Shown here: positions 22,675 through 35,171 of the stretch, one piece after another | Numbering within the stretch: the first letter of the stretch is position 1 | How the letters are laid out: each line of letters begins with the position of its first letter | Assembly (NCBI GenBank): GCA_965287045.1 | Contig: OZ336876.1 | Span: 38,502,001 to 38,566,000 of the forward strand | Source: Carcharhinus amblyrhynchos | Taxonomy: Eukaryota | DNA length: 64,000 nucleotides | Direction of reading: 5' to 3' | Notes under the pieces: model-generated | The model's database searches: none | The model's input: only the letters and a program-made list of their open reading frames with translations | What the model was told of the DNA's origin: nothing | Translations under genes and position numbers: made by a program

Positions 22675-25340
22675 GTTTACCCATGGGTTGGATGTGGTCG
22701 AGAAGATATTAAGAGCTGGTATCCACCACATGGCATCCTTCCTGAACTGATGAATGGTACCTTGAATCGACCTAGCTTGGTAGCAAAAGTGGCGAAGATG
22801 TGTAGTGACTTAAATGACTAGCAGAGTGGGACTTCTAAAGGGTTAACATGTAGCACAACTAATCAGGCGGTTCTGCTATTAAGTTAGATTGATTGGGAGG
22901 AAAAGGCAGTGTAAAATGTTGCAGCTTCTCATCTCATGGAGCCACGGAGAGCGCTGAATTCTGCACACATGCATAATTGTGCAGTTCATCACTCATTTTA
23001 TAATGGTTGCAAATCACAAATAGAAACTTAATTAGCCTCGACACAATGTAACACATTGGCATCGCACTGTTAGATTATTTTCCTTCTCTCATTATTCAGG
23101 GAATGTACAATCCTCCTGTAAAGAGTCTCCTAAATTTGTTTCTGATGTTTTTAACATTTTACTCAATGTGATTCATTAAAAAAAATTTAGGTGCACACAA
23201 AACCGACCATAAAATGCGGGTGCTAAAATAAAAGTTCTGCTTGTGTTTATATATGTAGCTATTTTCATTATCTTGTGTATTTTTTTTCTGAGCAAACTAA
23301 ATATTGTCAGAAAATGAACATGTTGATGCTCAGTTCTCCGAGAGGGAAAACTTTTTTTTTGAGTGTACAGTACTTCAATGCAGTTGGGTAGGACCTGTTG
23401 AAATGAAAATGTCAGCTGTAACTTCACTGGTAAGGAAGCCCTTATTGGTAAACATTCAGGGTTTGAAATACATCTACTGGAACCGTTGCATTAGTGAAAA
23501 AAATTGTCCTATCCAATAAAACAATTTTTGCTGGTTTTGTAGTGTTTATCTTAAACTTCAATATTCCACAACAGTGTTAAAAACATACTTTAAATTCCCC
23601 CACTTTTTCACACTGCTTATTCTGTCCTTTCTTCCACCACAGCTAGGCCACAACTGCCTCTGGCTGTGTAAAGGTATGGTAATGAAGCTAAGCTATCATG
23701 TCCGAGACAATCTTTATCTAGCCCTCCTGAGACCAATCAAATTTTATGGTGTTTTCTTTGGAAAAAGTGAGTGCATACTTACTAAAACAGTAACAAGTAT
23801 ATGTGCTGTCACAGTGATATAGATTGTGCAATCATGTCTGCAACATAGCTCCTTGATTTTGGCAGCTAAAAGTAGACTTTTTGAACACATGAGTTGGTGA
23901 ACAAGTAAACTTACTAGTGTCTGTTTATTTAATCAAAGTTTTTGTCTTGCCCTGCTGCAAGCACAGGACCTCCAGTATGCAACAAAGACTTTGGTTAAAC
24001 AAAATTTCTTGCACAAGTGTTGAGTACCTGTAATTGAGTAATACCACAAGACAAATGAGTTTAAGCTATTACACGAGTGAATGACTAACTGGTTAGTGGT
24101 CTAATATTCTGCTCCCTGGCTTGATTCTACATCGTTTAATGAATTCTGAAATTGAATCCTGAAGTTGATGTTCAGTCAATTCTGACAATTCAGAGTTGTT
24201 TCAAAAAAAGATTTTTGAAATAAAGTTAAATGGCTTGAAATGAACAAGAATAAATTGCCATTGTTAATAAAATTGTTCCTGATACTTGAAGGGGTCCAGA
24301 GGCACCCCTCCTTGTGTGTGGAAAAATATACATGGTGCCTGGAACTGACTAATCATGAATATCTTGATTGTGAGGAATCCACTTGTCTAGTGGGCTATCT
24401 TCGCATTGAGCGCAGTGTGAAGCAGTCGCATGCACAAACATAAATTCATTTACGCAACTTTTTAAGCGTAAATGCATAAGTGTGCCTCGATTTTAAATTG
24501 GGCGATTCAGAAAAAGAATTGGAATAATATTTGACAGTTAAGTAATTTACTCTGCTTTATTGCTTATGATTAAAGTATTGTGAAAATAAAGTATAAATGA
24601 CCTTTTTTAACAAAGAATTATATTCAATGCAAGCACATTTTATGGACTTATATTTGTAAATTTGAGCACAGACACATCTGCAGTGTGTATTTCAAACCCT
24701 GGATAGATTGTAGATTTATTTTTTAATTTTAGCTTGTCAAATTACTTTTTCTGCTTCCAATTTGCTATATATTAGAACTTTCTTACCTTGCATACTTTTT
24801 TCCTGTGTTGTCTCCAGTACCTTGGTTGTTTGATTACTGCCTGTACCAGTTCTGTGAAATGGTCATGTTCTTGGGTAGGTATACGTGGACTCTGTAGTAC
24901 GTATCTGTTAACTTGAATTTGTGCTTTTATAGTATGTTGCATGTACGTACAGCTACTTGACCTACTTGGCTTATGGATGCTATTGCCTGCATTTCAGGAG
25001 AGCTTGTATATGCCAATTAAAAACACAGAAGAGAATCGCTAATTAAAGTTCTCATTGGGGATGGGGGGGGTGGGGTGGGGGGAAAGCTGCAGCTGACCTG
25101 CCAAGTGTTAATTTAACATTTTTCAAATTAATCACAAAAAAGGGAGTGAATTTTTATTCACTCTGTGGATGGTGCTATGTTGAGAAGGACTACTTGTCTT
25201 TGTTTCAGTCTAAAGTGGAAGGGGAACAGAGGAGACTGCATGGTGGGTTTTACTGCCTCTGGTGTTTATTGTATTTGGTTTGATGTTTTGTCCTAATCTT
25301 CTCCTTCAGTAAATAAATTGTGAATTGCACAACTAACTGA
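22675..25340 (+). other. TRIB2: Probable TRIB2 3' UTR
   Basis: AU-rich and free of transposons after the stop codon. AATAAA at 23515 and 25312, among others; 25312 is followed by a U-rich downstream element. A DeuSINE fragment follows at about 25.6 kb. Confidence 0.6.
25312..25317 (+). terminator. Candidate distal polyadenylation signal
   Basis: AATAAA with UG/U-rich upstream sequence and a TTTTATTTTTGT tract about 50 nt downstream. Confidence 0.55.
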
Positions 25341-25589
25341 GTGCTCCAATTTCTTCTAAATTAGTAGATTTTATTTTTGTAACCAAAAGGTGGAAATCGT
25401 TCAACCAATGAGTATGGATTCAACCTTACTCTTGGGATGGTTGGAGAGATACAAGGGGATATGTATAGTTACTGGATGGTAAGCATACCCACTGTTCCCG
25501 TGTAGCTAAACACCACACTTGGGAAGATGCACTGCCCGTATTCAATGTCTATCCAATTTGTGATGGTCAAGACTACTGAATAGTTCATG

Positions 25590-25740
25590 TTTTTAATCTG
25601 CTGATTTTTACCATTCATTCACACACTGCAGTTTGTGTGAGCTTGCTGTGTGCAAATTGACTGCCTCGTTTCTTCTTTTGTAACAGTGGCTATATTTGAA
25701 AAGTACTCGTCAGTCACTATGAAAGGAGTTTAATAAATTT
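25590..25740 (+). mobile_element. Old DeuSINE-like (SacSINE1/AmnSINE1-type) fragment
   Basis: GAGCTTGCTGTGTGCAAATTGACTGCC...TAACAGTGGCTATATTTGAAAAGTACT resembles the Deu-domain consensus as I recall it. A related piece lies at about 34826-34890. Confidence 0.55.
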
Positions 25741-27757
25741 TAAAATATTTTGTTGCGTGCGGTTTTTTAAAATTACGCTACCTCTGTCCAATGTTCTCGT
25801 TATTTTCTCTTGCCTTTCTCAACTGCTGCAAATCAGCTGCCCTCCGGTGTGATCCGTTTGTATCTGTTGGTTTCACTGAAGGCACTTTAAGTGCAGATGA
25901 GTGGGTGATTTATATTGCCCAAATACACTCCTTGCATAACAAATTTCCTTGTTGGTCTAAAATGTAAACTCCTGATAAAACCAACGTCAGAAGCTGTTTG
26001 CTGCCTGGAACTGAGTTTCTTGTTAACTCACCCAGTGTTTTGAGTATCTGCAATCCCACTCTACTCAATTTTCGATTAGCTGGGAGCCAGAGTCTGATAC
26101 TTCTTCTAGAGTCAGGTTATTTACATAGATGTTGAGTGCCCATAACAATATTGGCTCATCTCGAGGATTTGGGAAGGCTGAGAAACGTAACTTAATTTTG
26201 GCAGCTTGCCATCTTCTGAAACATTCCAGCAAAACTTCTGCCAGCTCCATACCTGCCATTCCATTGAACTGGACATTCAAAATCTTGATGCTTGGTGGCT
26301 TTGGGGTATAAGAAGTGGGAGCAATGGGAATTCTAGCTGATGCCATTCTATGAAGCCCTATCTCTGTTTGAAAGCTAGGCTTTCAGAAGGGCAGGTGGAA
26401 CTTTGCACCACTCGTGGGACAGTGGGGTGGGGAGGGCGTGTCTCCAAGCTCCTGCTGTCAGCTGAAGAAGCTAGTGTTGCTGTTTCCCTGCACTTGTTAT
26501 TAAATTTCCACCTCAGTCACCAGCTGGAAACTTGATTTGTGCACAGATCCTGAGGAGGTTTGGATGCCCTTGCCTAGTTCATTTAGGAAAATTCTTTCCT
26601 GAGGTCTTGAAAGTTGGAAAGCATTTTGAAAGCGCAATAATGCAGTTCATTTACATAAAGAATTACAACACCTCACCCGTACATAATGGCAGTATTTCAT
26701 GATTTTTTAAGAACTCCTTTTTGTGAGTTTGGCTGAAATAACAATCGCGTTATCCCTGATTGGTTGTCTAACTTGGTAGGTCTTATGTTTAATAAAAAAA
26801 TTTTTTTCAATACACTTATGGCGTGTGAACTTCTGAAGCTTCTTTAGCACTGATCACGTGCTGGGATGGGTAGGTTTTTTGTCCATTGGGGGAGCTTGTG
26901 TTCCATGCTCTGGGATGTATGTATTTTAACAATATTTAAACAGTGGCAGGACCTTTGAAATCAAACTTGACTATCCATTGCAGCTTCTGAAATACGATGC
27001 CAAAAGAACTTTGCTTCAGTGGAAGGTAGAAATTGGGTTTTACAGATGTGCAGCTTCTGAACAATGTTAGTGTAACATGATTGAACTGTGCGCCGTTTAC
27101 ACAGTGAGTGTTACTCTGTAGACTGCCTCACTGCCCTAAACGTGATGTGGAGGATCAGCCAATTTTCTCCCACAAGTGAGAACCGAGTAACCTCAAATGT
27201 AGTAGACTTCCCGGCCTCTGCCAAACATTATGCAGTGTGTAAAACATTAAATGGGTCCTCTGTTACCCCACAAGGGCTCTGTTATGGTTGAAATTGTTGA
27301 TAATACCTGCCCCTCCAAGTAGAATGCTGTCATAGCTAGACCAATTCTTACCCAGTAGCTGGTTCATCGACCTGAGTGCATACACTTGGGTGTTAATCCC
27401 ATACGTCCTTAATCTAGCGTTATTGAAATTGTGTTTTTCTTTCTAAATTAGACTGGGACAACGCGAGCAAAAACCTAATTTGCCATAGATCTGGTATCCA
27501 AATCGTTCTTGGCTGAATGTTGCACTGTCTCACTTGTACAAGTGTCCAATACATCTTTCTGGAGGAGAGCGCTCTGAAAATAACATGTAGTGGTGATACG
27601 TTGGCTTTAGTTTCTGGAAATCTCAAAACTTTCCCACCAGAATTGTAGTCTGAGGCATCAATTATTTTGTGATGACCTGGTTTAATAGTTGAGGTGAGCT
27701 CTGCCCAATGTCACTGTTGCTATAGTTGCATTAATTGAAATTTAATACAAAGTTCTA

Positions 27758-27935
27758 ATGCAAAATAACAATGTTGGACATACTGAGCAGATCAGGTGGC
27801 ATCTGGAGAACATTAAGGTTTCAGGTTGATCTGGTGAAATGTCATCAATCTGAAAGGTTCACTCTTGTTTCTCTTCCACGGATGCTGCCTGATTGACTGA
27901 CTGAGTATTTTGGTAGGCACAATATTTTTGCTTTT
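27758..27935. mobile_element. Penelope-like palindromic remnant
   Basis: Inverted halves TACTGAGCAGATCAGGTGGCATC / GATGCTGCCTGATTGACTGACTGAGTA around a decayed core CTGGTGAAATGTCATCAATCTGAAAG. Confidence 0.6.
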
Positions 27936-28149
27936 GCTTGACCACTGCTTTGGTCAGTTGTTCCATGAATATCACTTACCAATTCTTCCTGTTGCCGTTC
28001 TAACTTTAATCTTTTCTCATTGCAATGTGGGTATTCTGATCCAACTTTCATTTAGCCTAAACTAATGTATTTACTTTACTCATGCCGTCATTTTATGTTT
28101 TGCCCTTTTTGCCTTCATTCTGGATGATAAAATGTACTTTTTTTCAACA

Positions 28150-28955
28150 TTTGAAACAGGAGTAGATCTTATACCCCACCCCCACCAAAAGCCTGCTCCA
28201 CCTTTTCAATAAAATTATAGCTGAACTCCTCCAATTTCCTACCTCTTCCCCAACACCTTTTGATTCCCCTTAGTGTTTGAAGATCTTCTGTGTCAGTCAT
28301 GAAAGTACTCTGTGACCATCCACAGCCCCTCTGCCAGAGAATTTCAACGATTCGCAGCTTTGAGTGAAGAAATTTCTTCACTCAATCCTGAACTGTTGAC
28401 TATAATCTCTAGTCTTAGACTTCTCGGCTAGGGCAAACAGTCTTAGTGTGTGCCTCACCAGTTCCTCAGAATTTCACTTTGAAATAATGAGGTCCTCTCG
28501 CATTCTTTTAAGCTTCAGAAAATATATTCTCATCCATCTCTCCTTCAAAGGACAGTCCTTTTGACCCTGGGAATCGACTACTGAACCTTCATTGCAATCT
28601 TTTTTAAGACAAGCATATCCTTCCTTTTGTATTGGGAACAGAATTCTACATTCTCTAGGTGTGGTCACACCAAATCCCTACACAATTGTAGCAAATCCAT
28701 GTTTTCCTACCCCAACCACCTTGTAGCAAACCTTTATTCATTGACACCAACCAAATTGCAATAAAGGCAAACACACCATTTGCCTTGCTAATTCCTTACT
28801 GTATCCACATGTTAACTCTGATTGGAGCACTGGGGAACCTTACTCTCTGAAGGCCAGAGTTTACACATTTTGCCTTTTCAGCTTTACCATTCTCCCTGCC
28901 AAGTGGATAATTGCATGTTCCCATTTTTATTCCATCTGCCATCATCTTGCCCACT
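28150..28955 (-). mobile_element. CR1-like LINE 3' fragment
   Basis: Reverse complement of the CR1 3' region (GAGTGAAGAAATTTCTT, GGTGTGGTCACACCA, AAGTGGATAA). Confidence 0.75.
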
Positions 28956-31900
28956 CATTTAACTGATCTATATTTGTGTGTGTCCTTGCAGCTTTATCCC
29001 ATGTATTTGCGAGACCACATTTGTTATGTATTTCCTGCTCAGTCACAAATATGTTCTTTTTGCTTTGTAATATTGTGCCAGTGCTTAAAACGGAAAGTAT
29101 TCTGAATGATCTGAGTTAATTTTACAGCCTTCACTCTTTTGTGTATTGTTAGTCTCCATCATTCTCAGTTTCTTTCCTTACCATTCTGTACTAATTTGGT
29201 TCTACTTGGGCCTTATGATTTTTTTTGATGTCTTTACTATACTTTGCTTTTGTCAATGACATTTGTAAAGCATTCTTAAATAATGCTATTCTTTACTATA
29301 TGGGAATTACAGATCATGGGCTTGCCTTATAGTATCTTTCCCTTTTAAATTTATACTTTTGCTGAAGCTGTTGCCAATATCTACTCTTGCAACATTAGGT
29401 TGCACTATTTTACCTGCTATTAATATCAGGCTAAATGGACCTATAAATTGCCTGGAGCAAATGTATTTTTTGATGTGGAACCTTTAAAGTATCCTGTGGA
29501 TCTTCCACAATGAATGTTCCCTGTATTTAATTATTTAGTATCGTAGGTTATAGGCCATCAGGTCAAGGGTTTTTTTAGTTCCTCAAATTTAATAAGTCAT
29601 ATGTCATATTGATTTTAATGTTTTGCCATACTGATTGTATAACAGAAATTAATAGGTAATATACTCTCTTGCGCCCCTAGAAAATTCCAACAATTGTTTT
29701 CCTCCATCAATTTTGAGTTCTTCCCTCAGTGTTGTCAGTTGAGATCTATGTAATGTTTTTAGCATCCTCAACAAAGCTCCTTTGAGTCTTTCTATCATTT
29801 TGGATAGCCCTTAAACCTGTTTCACCATTCAATTAAATCACACCTTATCTGTATTTTAACTCAGTTTACCTACTTTGGTTCCATAACCCTTAATGCAATT
29901 GCTGAGCAAAAATATTTTCAATCTCTTTTGTTTTTATAAATTTTTAAATGACCTAGCCTATGAAGTTTTGAGGTGGGGCAGGGTTCTAGGTTTCCGTCAC
30001 CCTTGTGTGAACGAGTGTCCTCTGATACCATTTCAGAACAGCCTGGCTCTATTCCAGTGTTGTGTCCCCTAATCTGGACTCCCAATTGTACAATGATAGG
30101 CATTTGGTGGGACTAAGAATAACAAATTAACAAAATGAAATAATTTAATAACGCAGCATCAGTGTTCCCTGATCAACCTGATGCCTTGTGGGTTTTAGTG
30201 GAAGGAGTCCATTTATTATTGGGCACTGTAATATTTTTGTAATGGCGTGCTTCGGCAGGTTAAGTTCTGGAATGATACTCTGGTCTACTTCAACGCAAAA
30301 ATCCTCAAAGGTAGTTGGATCCAATAGGGCAACTAATCTTCCTGGTATATGTATCAAAATGAGATACTGAGTCTGGAATGTAATACTGTACTACTAACAT
30401 GCCAAGACTGATGGGTATCGCTGTCAACATGTCAAAACAAGCTGTGTTAGTTATCCAGATATTGTTTTGCATTTTACTACAACTAGTCAAGTTGCTATAT
30501 GGTTAAATGTAAAGATTATGTGATTCTTTTTCCAACAAACCCTTGTGTATATAGAATCCTTTTGAAGGCAAAATAACATTCCAAGTCATTTCACAGAAGC
30601 ATTAAAATAGAATGTGACATAGCCAGAAGGTATTAGATCAGATCTCCAAATGTATGGTCAAGGAGGTAGGTTTTAGAGGGTGTCATAAAAGAGGAACGTG
30701 AGATGGGAGGGTATTGTAGCTGAAAGCACAGTCCCCTGATGGTGTAATTAAAATCTGGGAGGATGCTCAAGGTCAGAATTTAAGTGGAAATATCTCAAAG
30801 TTGAGGATTACAGAGAAAGGGAGGGGCAAGGCCGTTTGAGAATTTACACATGTTTAACCTTCCTTAGCTTGCCATTAGCAGTGAGTGTAAATCTCTCCAG
30901 CCCATCACTTACAATATGCTTATTATACTCATTGAGGAGCAAGTAAACAAGCATCATTTGTGTTTACTATAGGAAGATGTGGTATTTACATGGCTTGCTT
31001 TGGCTACACTAATTGCCAGGAATGGAGTTTTATCTAGTATGCTTATGCTGTTTTTGCTTATGATCAGATTACACTAATTGGATTACAAAATATTGGGTTC
31101 AGTGTGGATAAGGTGGGGTTTGTTTTAATTTTAAATATTTGAATTTCTACTCTGAATAAATAGCAACATAAGTCTCTCTCGTGCACTTAGTTGCATTTAG
31201 CAAAATAAAACGCCAGAAATCGTGTCAGTGCTCTTGCAGCACAGTTTTCTTCGAGTGGAGGCACATTTTCGATACCCTTGAAATTCCTGTAACACACCCA
31301 ATATCACTGCAAAATATATTTGCTCTAAGACTTTGCAGCCATTGTAAATAAACAAATGCTGCCAGTACTCCTATAGCTGGAGAACTGTTTAAGCTCTAGC
31401 TGTTTACAATGTTTTCCTGCATTTCTATTTTTGTATTTCTTGTTTATATAATCAAATGCAACAATTTCCACCTTCCATGGTTTCACTTATGCAGACATCG
31501 AAAATGATACCTTAAAAATGCAAGGGGTGCAACCAAGCTGTCAAAGTGTGACATTTACATGCTTAGTGGTAATGAAAAGTAAAGTGACGCAACATCCACT
31601 GCACTGTAAAATAGCGTATCAAAATACTGAGCAAACTTTGTCTCGTGCAAAACCTTAATAAAATTGCCAAGATTACAATGGAAATTTTCACTGCTGAATG
31701 TGGAATCGTGAATATGTTTGTATCCTGCAATTCTCAATTTTTCATCCAAGGAGATGGAACAGTGGCTAAACTTCACCCCCGCCCACCACCATTTAATTCA
31801 GTTCCAGTTTAGTCTGGGGAAGTCAGCCTGGAACTCCTGATTCATCTTGATTTTGCAGCTGTCTGGCTTGCTCACCTCTGAAGCCAATTGAGGAAATTGC

Positions 31901-32159
31901 AAAACTAAAAGTTTACTTGTAGTTTGTCTATCAACATGTTAACGAGAATTACATTCTTGATTAATATCTGAACTCTGATGCAATAGCCTTGGTTTTGTCT
32001 CGTGGTTTATCTGTACCTCTGTGCAGATTGTCACTTGCCGTATCAGAATTAAAGGAACTGTTGAAATAAAGATACGTATCAATAATAATCACTTTTTGAT
32101 GCAATATCTCTTGAAGAGGTTGCTTTTTGATTTATCTTTCAGTTTGCTGTATACTTTTT

Positions 32160-32610
32160 TTGATGTGGAGATGCCAGTGTTGGACTGGCGTGGGCACAGT
32201 AAGAAGTCTCACAACACCAGGTTAAATTTGGTATCACGAACTTTTGGGGTGCTGCGTGCTCCGAAAGCTTGTGATAACAAATAAACCTGTTGAAATTTAA
32301 CCTGGTGTTGTGAATCGACTTACTGTACTTTTTTTATAATGGCACACTGGGCAGTACTGCTGCCTTATTTGCCCCAAGATAACATTGTACAGTAAGTCGA
32401 TTCACAACACCAGGTTAAATTTCAACAGGTTTATTCGGAGCACTTCATCAGGTGACCTGATGAAGGAGCAGAGCTCCAAAAGTTCACGATACCAAATAAA
32501 CCTGTTGAAATTTAACCTGGTGTTGTGAATCGACTTACGGTACTTTTTTTTTATAATGGCATGGTGGCACACTGGGCAGTACTGCTGCCTTATTTGCCCC
32601 AAGATAACAT
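32160..32610. mobile_element. Penelope-like terminal-repeat palindromes with a local duplication/inversion
   Basis: A 49-bp arm occurs at 32280-32328 (+), 32387-32435 (-, perfect) and 32495-32543 (+, 1 mismatch). Core CCTGATGAAGGAGCAGAGCTCC. Same family as 42935-43065. Confidence 0.8.
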
Positions 32611-34004
32611 AGCAATCTTCTGTGAACAATGTCTCTACAGGATGTGCATGTGATTCTGAATCCTGATAACTTTTTTAGGATTTTGCTGTATGGGTGTTTC
32701 TAAAATGCCTAATTAAAGTCCTGATTTTATAAAATCTGATTTTGGAAGTGTACAAAGTTGGCTGTGTAGGAATGAAGCTGTACAGAGGCTCAAACTTCAG
32801 AATTTTCTTCATTGTTGAATGACAGTTGACATGGCCAAAACTTGTGCAGCGAGCTTGACTGAGGAGCAGGTAAGTTGGGTGTTATGTCAGATCTGGAAAG
32901 TAGGCTAAAAATGGGAATTGATGGTGACCGGCACATTTCTTGCACAGAGCTGGGAACTAACAAACCTTCTGGGTTGTACTGACATTGTCATTTAGTAGAT
33001 CCAGCATAGTATTTTGAAAGTAGAGGTCCTGGCTGAGGAACAGCATACACAGAATGATGTGCTCCTCTGTTCATGGATTTCTTGAAGATTAACGTCTGCT
33101 GATCTTAGTCATGCACCATTCTTCACATAAGCATTTTGAAATGCCACATAGTTATTATTCAGGTCAGAAACTCCAAAGTGTTTCATAAACCCTGCCTGGA
33201 TCATAAGGTTTGCACCTTGAATTTGGCTAGCGTAAGCTTGATATATTTCACTTTGGGTATGATTCAAATAACCCTCTAGGGAGCTTTTATATAGTTAACA
33301 TGTATGGAAAGAAAATTAGCAATAACTTGTCAATTACAAACAAAAGAGCCACGCTAATGGACAACCCTTAACAAATCCATCTAAGATGTTCTGACCGAAT
33401 AAAACTTCCTTTAGACAAAAAAAACCTTTAACACATGTTTATCACAGCAAAGACTAATGCTCGTATGATATTGGAACTGAGCCTCTTGGTTGGAGAATTG
33501 AAACTGTAACTTCTAGTAACCCTTTGGATACCCTCAGAACAGTTTGAAGCCAGAACAGCTTCCCAGAACACCAGCGAGAGACTGATCAAGCCACCAACAG
33601 CAGATTCTCCACTCCAGGAAGGTTAAGAAGCCTGGCTTTCAGCTAACCAGTAGAATTTCCAAAAACAGCAGGGAGAGGAAGGGAGGGAGAGAGAGAGAGA
33701 GACAATGCTTCCAGTCTGATGTTCTTTCTAAAACTGACTGCATCCAAATAGAAATTGAAACCTTAAATTTGCTAGGGAGAGAAAAAAAGACTTTTGTCGT
33801 AACAATGTCATGAGACATCCCAGAGTAAAAATAAATCCCATTTGAACCATTGGAGGAGTAATAAAAGGGCTATAGACAATTTGGAAACACAGCTGCAGAG
33901 AACATAATTTTTTTAAAAAAATTTTAATGATACACTAACGTCACAACAGTGAACACATTCTGTCCACTTGAATAAAGGCCATTGATAAAAGGTATGATAT
34001 AGCT

Positions 34005-34125
34005 TAATACTGCAGATGCTGGAAATATGAAATAAGAACAAAAATAGCAGGAAACGCTCAGTAGGTCCAGCAGCATCTGTAAAGAGAAACACAAATTATA
34101 CTAAGGGTCAATAATCTTTCATAAG
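34005..34125 (-). mobile_element. Penelope-like terminal-repeat fragment
   Basis: AATACTGCAGATGCTGGAAAT...CTCAGTAGGTCCAGCAGCATCTGT matches the left half of the 27.8-kb palindrome family. Confidence 0.6.
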
Positions 34126-34339
34126 ATTTCTGACTCATGGTATGATGGTTCTTTGTTAAGGTGCCAATTAACTGCTGTTGAGTCCAAGCATATTCTGTTC
34201 ATAATGCCATGTGTTTGTTACAAAGAACCTGAATGTCCAAATGGGAACAATGTGCAGTGCTTTGAATTTGGAATCTTGAACTGAAATCTACTTGATCAGT
34301 TGAACACACTTTCTTTCCAAAGGGAGAGTAATGCCTCCT

Positions 34340-34530
34340 GTATGCTAGTGTGGTGGTTATGTTACAGGATTAAAAATCCAGGTAATGTGTACAAATCCAA
34401 CCTTGGTAGTTTGAGAATTGAAATCCATTTAAAAAAAAATCTGGAAATAAAAAGCTGGCATCAGTAAAAGTGATGAGAGATTGTTATTAACACAAAACAC
34501 TGGTTTATTACTGTCCTTAAGGACAAGTTC
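34340..34530 (+). mobile_element. Degenerate tRNA-like-headed SINE 5' part
   Basis: GAATTGAAATCCATTTAAAAAAAAATCTGGAAATAAAAAGCTGG...CTGGTTTATTACTGTCCTTAAGG resembles the reverse complement of 39220-39420. Confidence 0.5.
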
Positions 34531-34892
34531 TTTGCCCTAATCTACTTGTAGGGCTGAGGTAGGTTACAAAGGTGGGGAGGAATGAGGACATGGAGAGATC
34601 TGAAAACTGATTCAAATTTTAACATCAAGGCCTTGCTGAGCTAAGATCTAATGTGTGACTTGCAACATTCCTGCATGATCTCTTCTTTACGCCTCCATTT
34701 ATAAGCCTAAATAACTCTATGCTATTTTTAAGCACCTTCTTGCTGCCTCTTGAGTAGTTTGATATGTTCTCTGTAAATAAAAATAGGCACTTTAGTGATA
34801 TTTTTCCAAACACTTCTTTTTTCAAATCGTTACAGCAGTGACTGCTCTTCAAAATCTCTTCATTGACTGTGAAGCATCTGAGACTTCTGGTG

Positions 34893-35171
34893 GGCAGCAT
34901 GGTGGCACAGTGGTTAGCACTACTGCCTCACTGTGCCACAGACCGTGGTTCGATTCCTGGCTTGGGTCACTGTGCGAAGTCTGCACATGGGTTTTCTCCA
35001 GATACTCCAGTTTTCACCCACAGTCGAAAGATGTGCAGGTTAGGTGAATTGGCCAGACTAAATTCTCCTACAGTGTGCCTGAACAGGTGCCAGAGTGTGG
35101 TGACTAGGGGATTTTCACAGTAACTTCATTGCAGTGTAAATGTAAGCCTACTTGTGGCACAAATAAATAAA
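34893..35171 (+). mobile_element. HE1-type V-SINE, alternative tail
   Basis: GGCAGCATGGTGGCACAGTGGTTAGCAC head, GGTTCGATTCC B box, tail ...GTAAGCCTACTTGTGGCACAAATAAATAAA. Confidence 0.9.

Noticed and set aside
22675-22821. 48 open codons in frame after the TRIB2 stop (possible readthrough)
   Set aside because: The stop context is TGA-GTT, not the leaky TGA-CTAG, and the protein already ends at the conserved LDPFFN terminus.
32280-32610. Repeat-spacer-repeat pattern resembling a CRISPR array
   Set aside because: Vertebrate DNA, repeats alternate in orientation, the spacer is duplicated rather than unique, there are no cas genes, and Penelope-like repeats explain it.
33300-33800. Possible LTR-like segment with a (GA)n run
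   Set aside because: I could not identify termini, a TSD or a second copy in the window.
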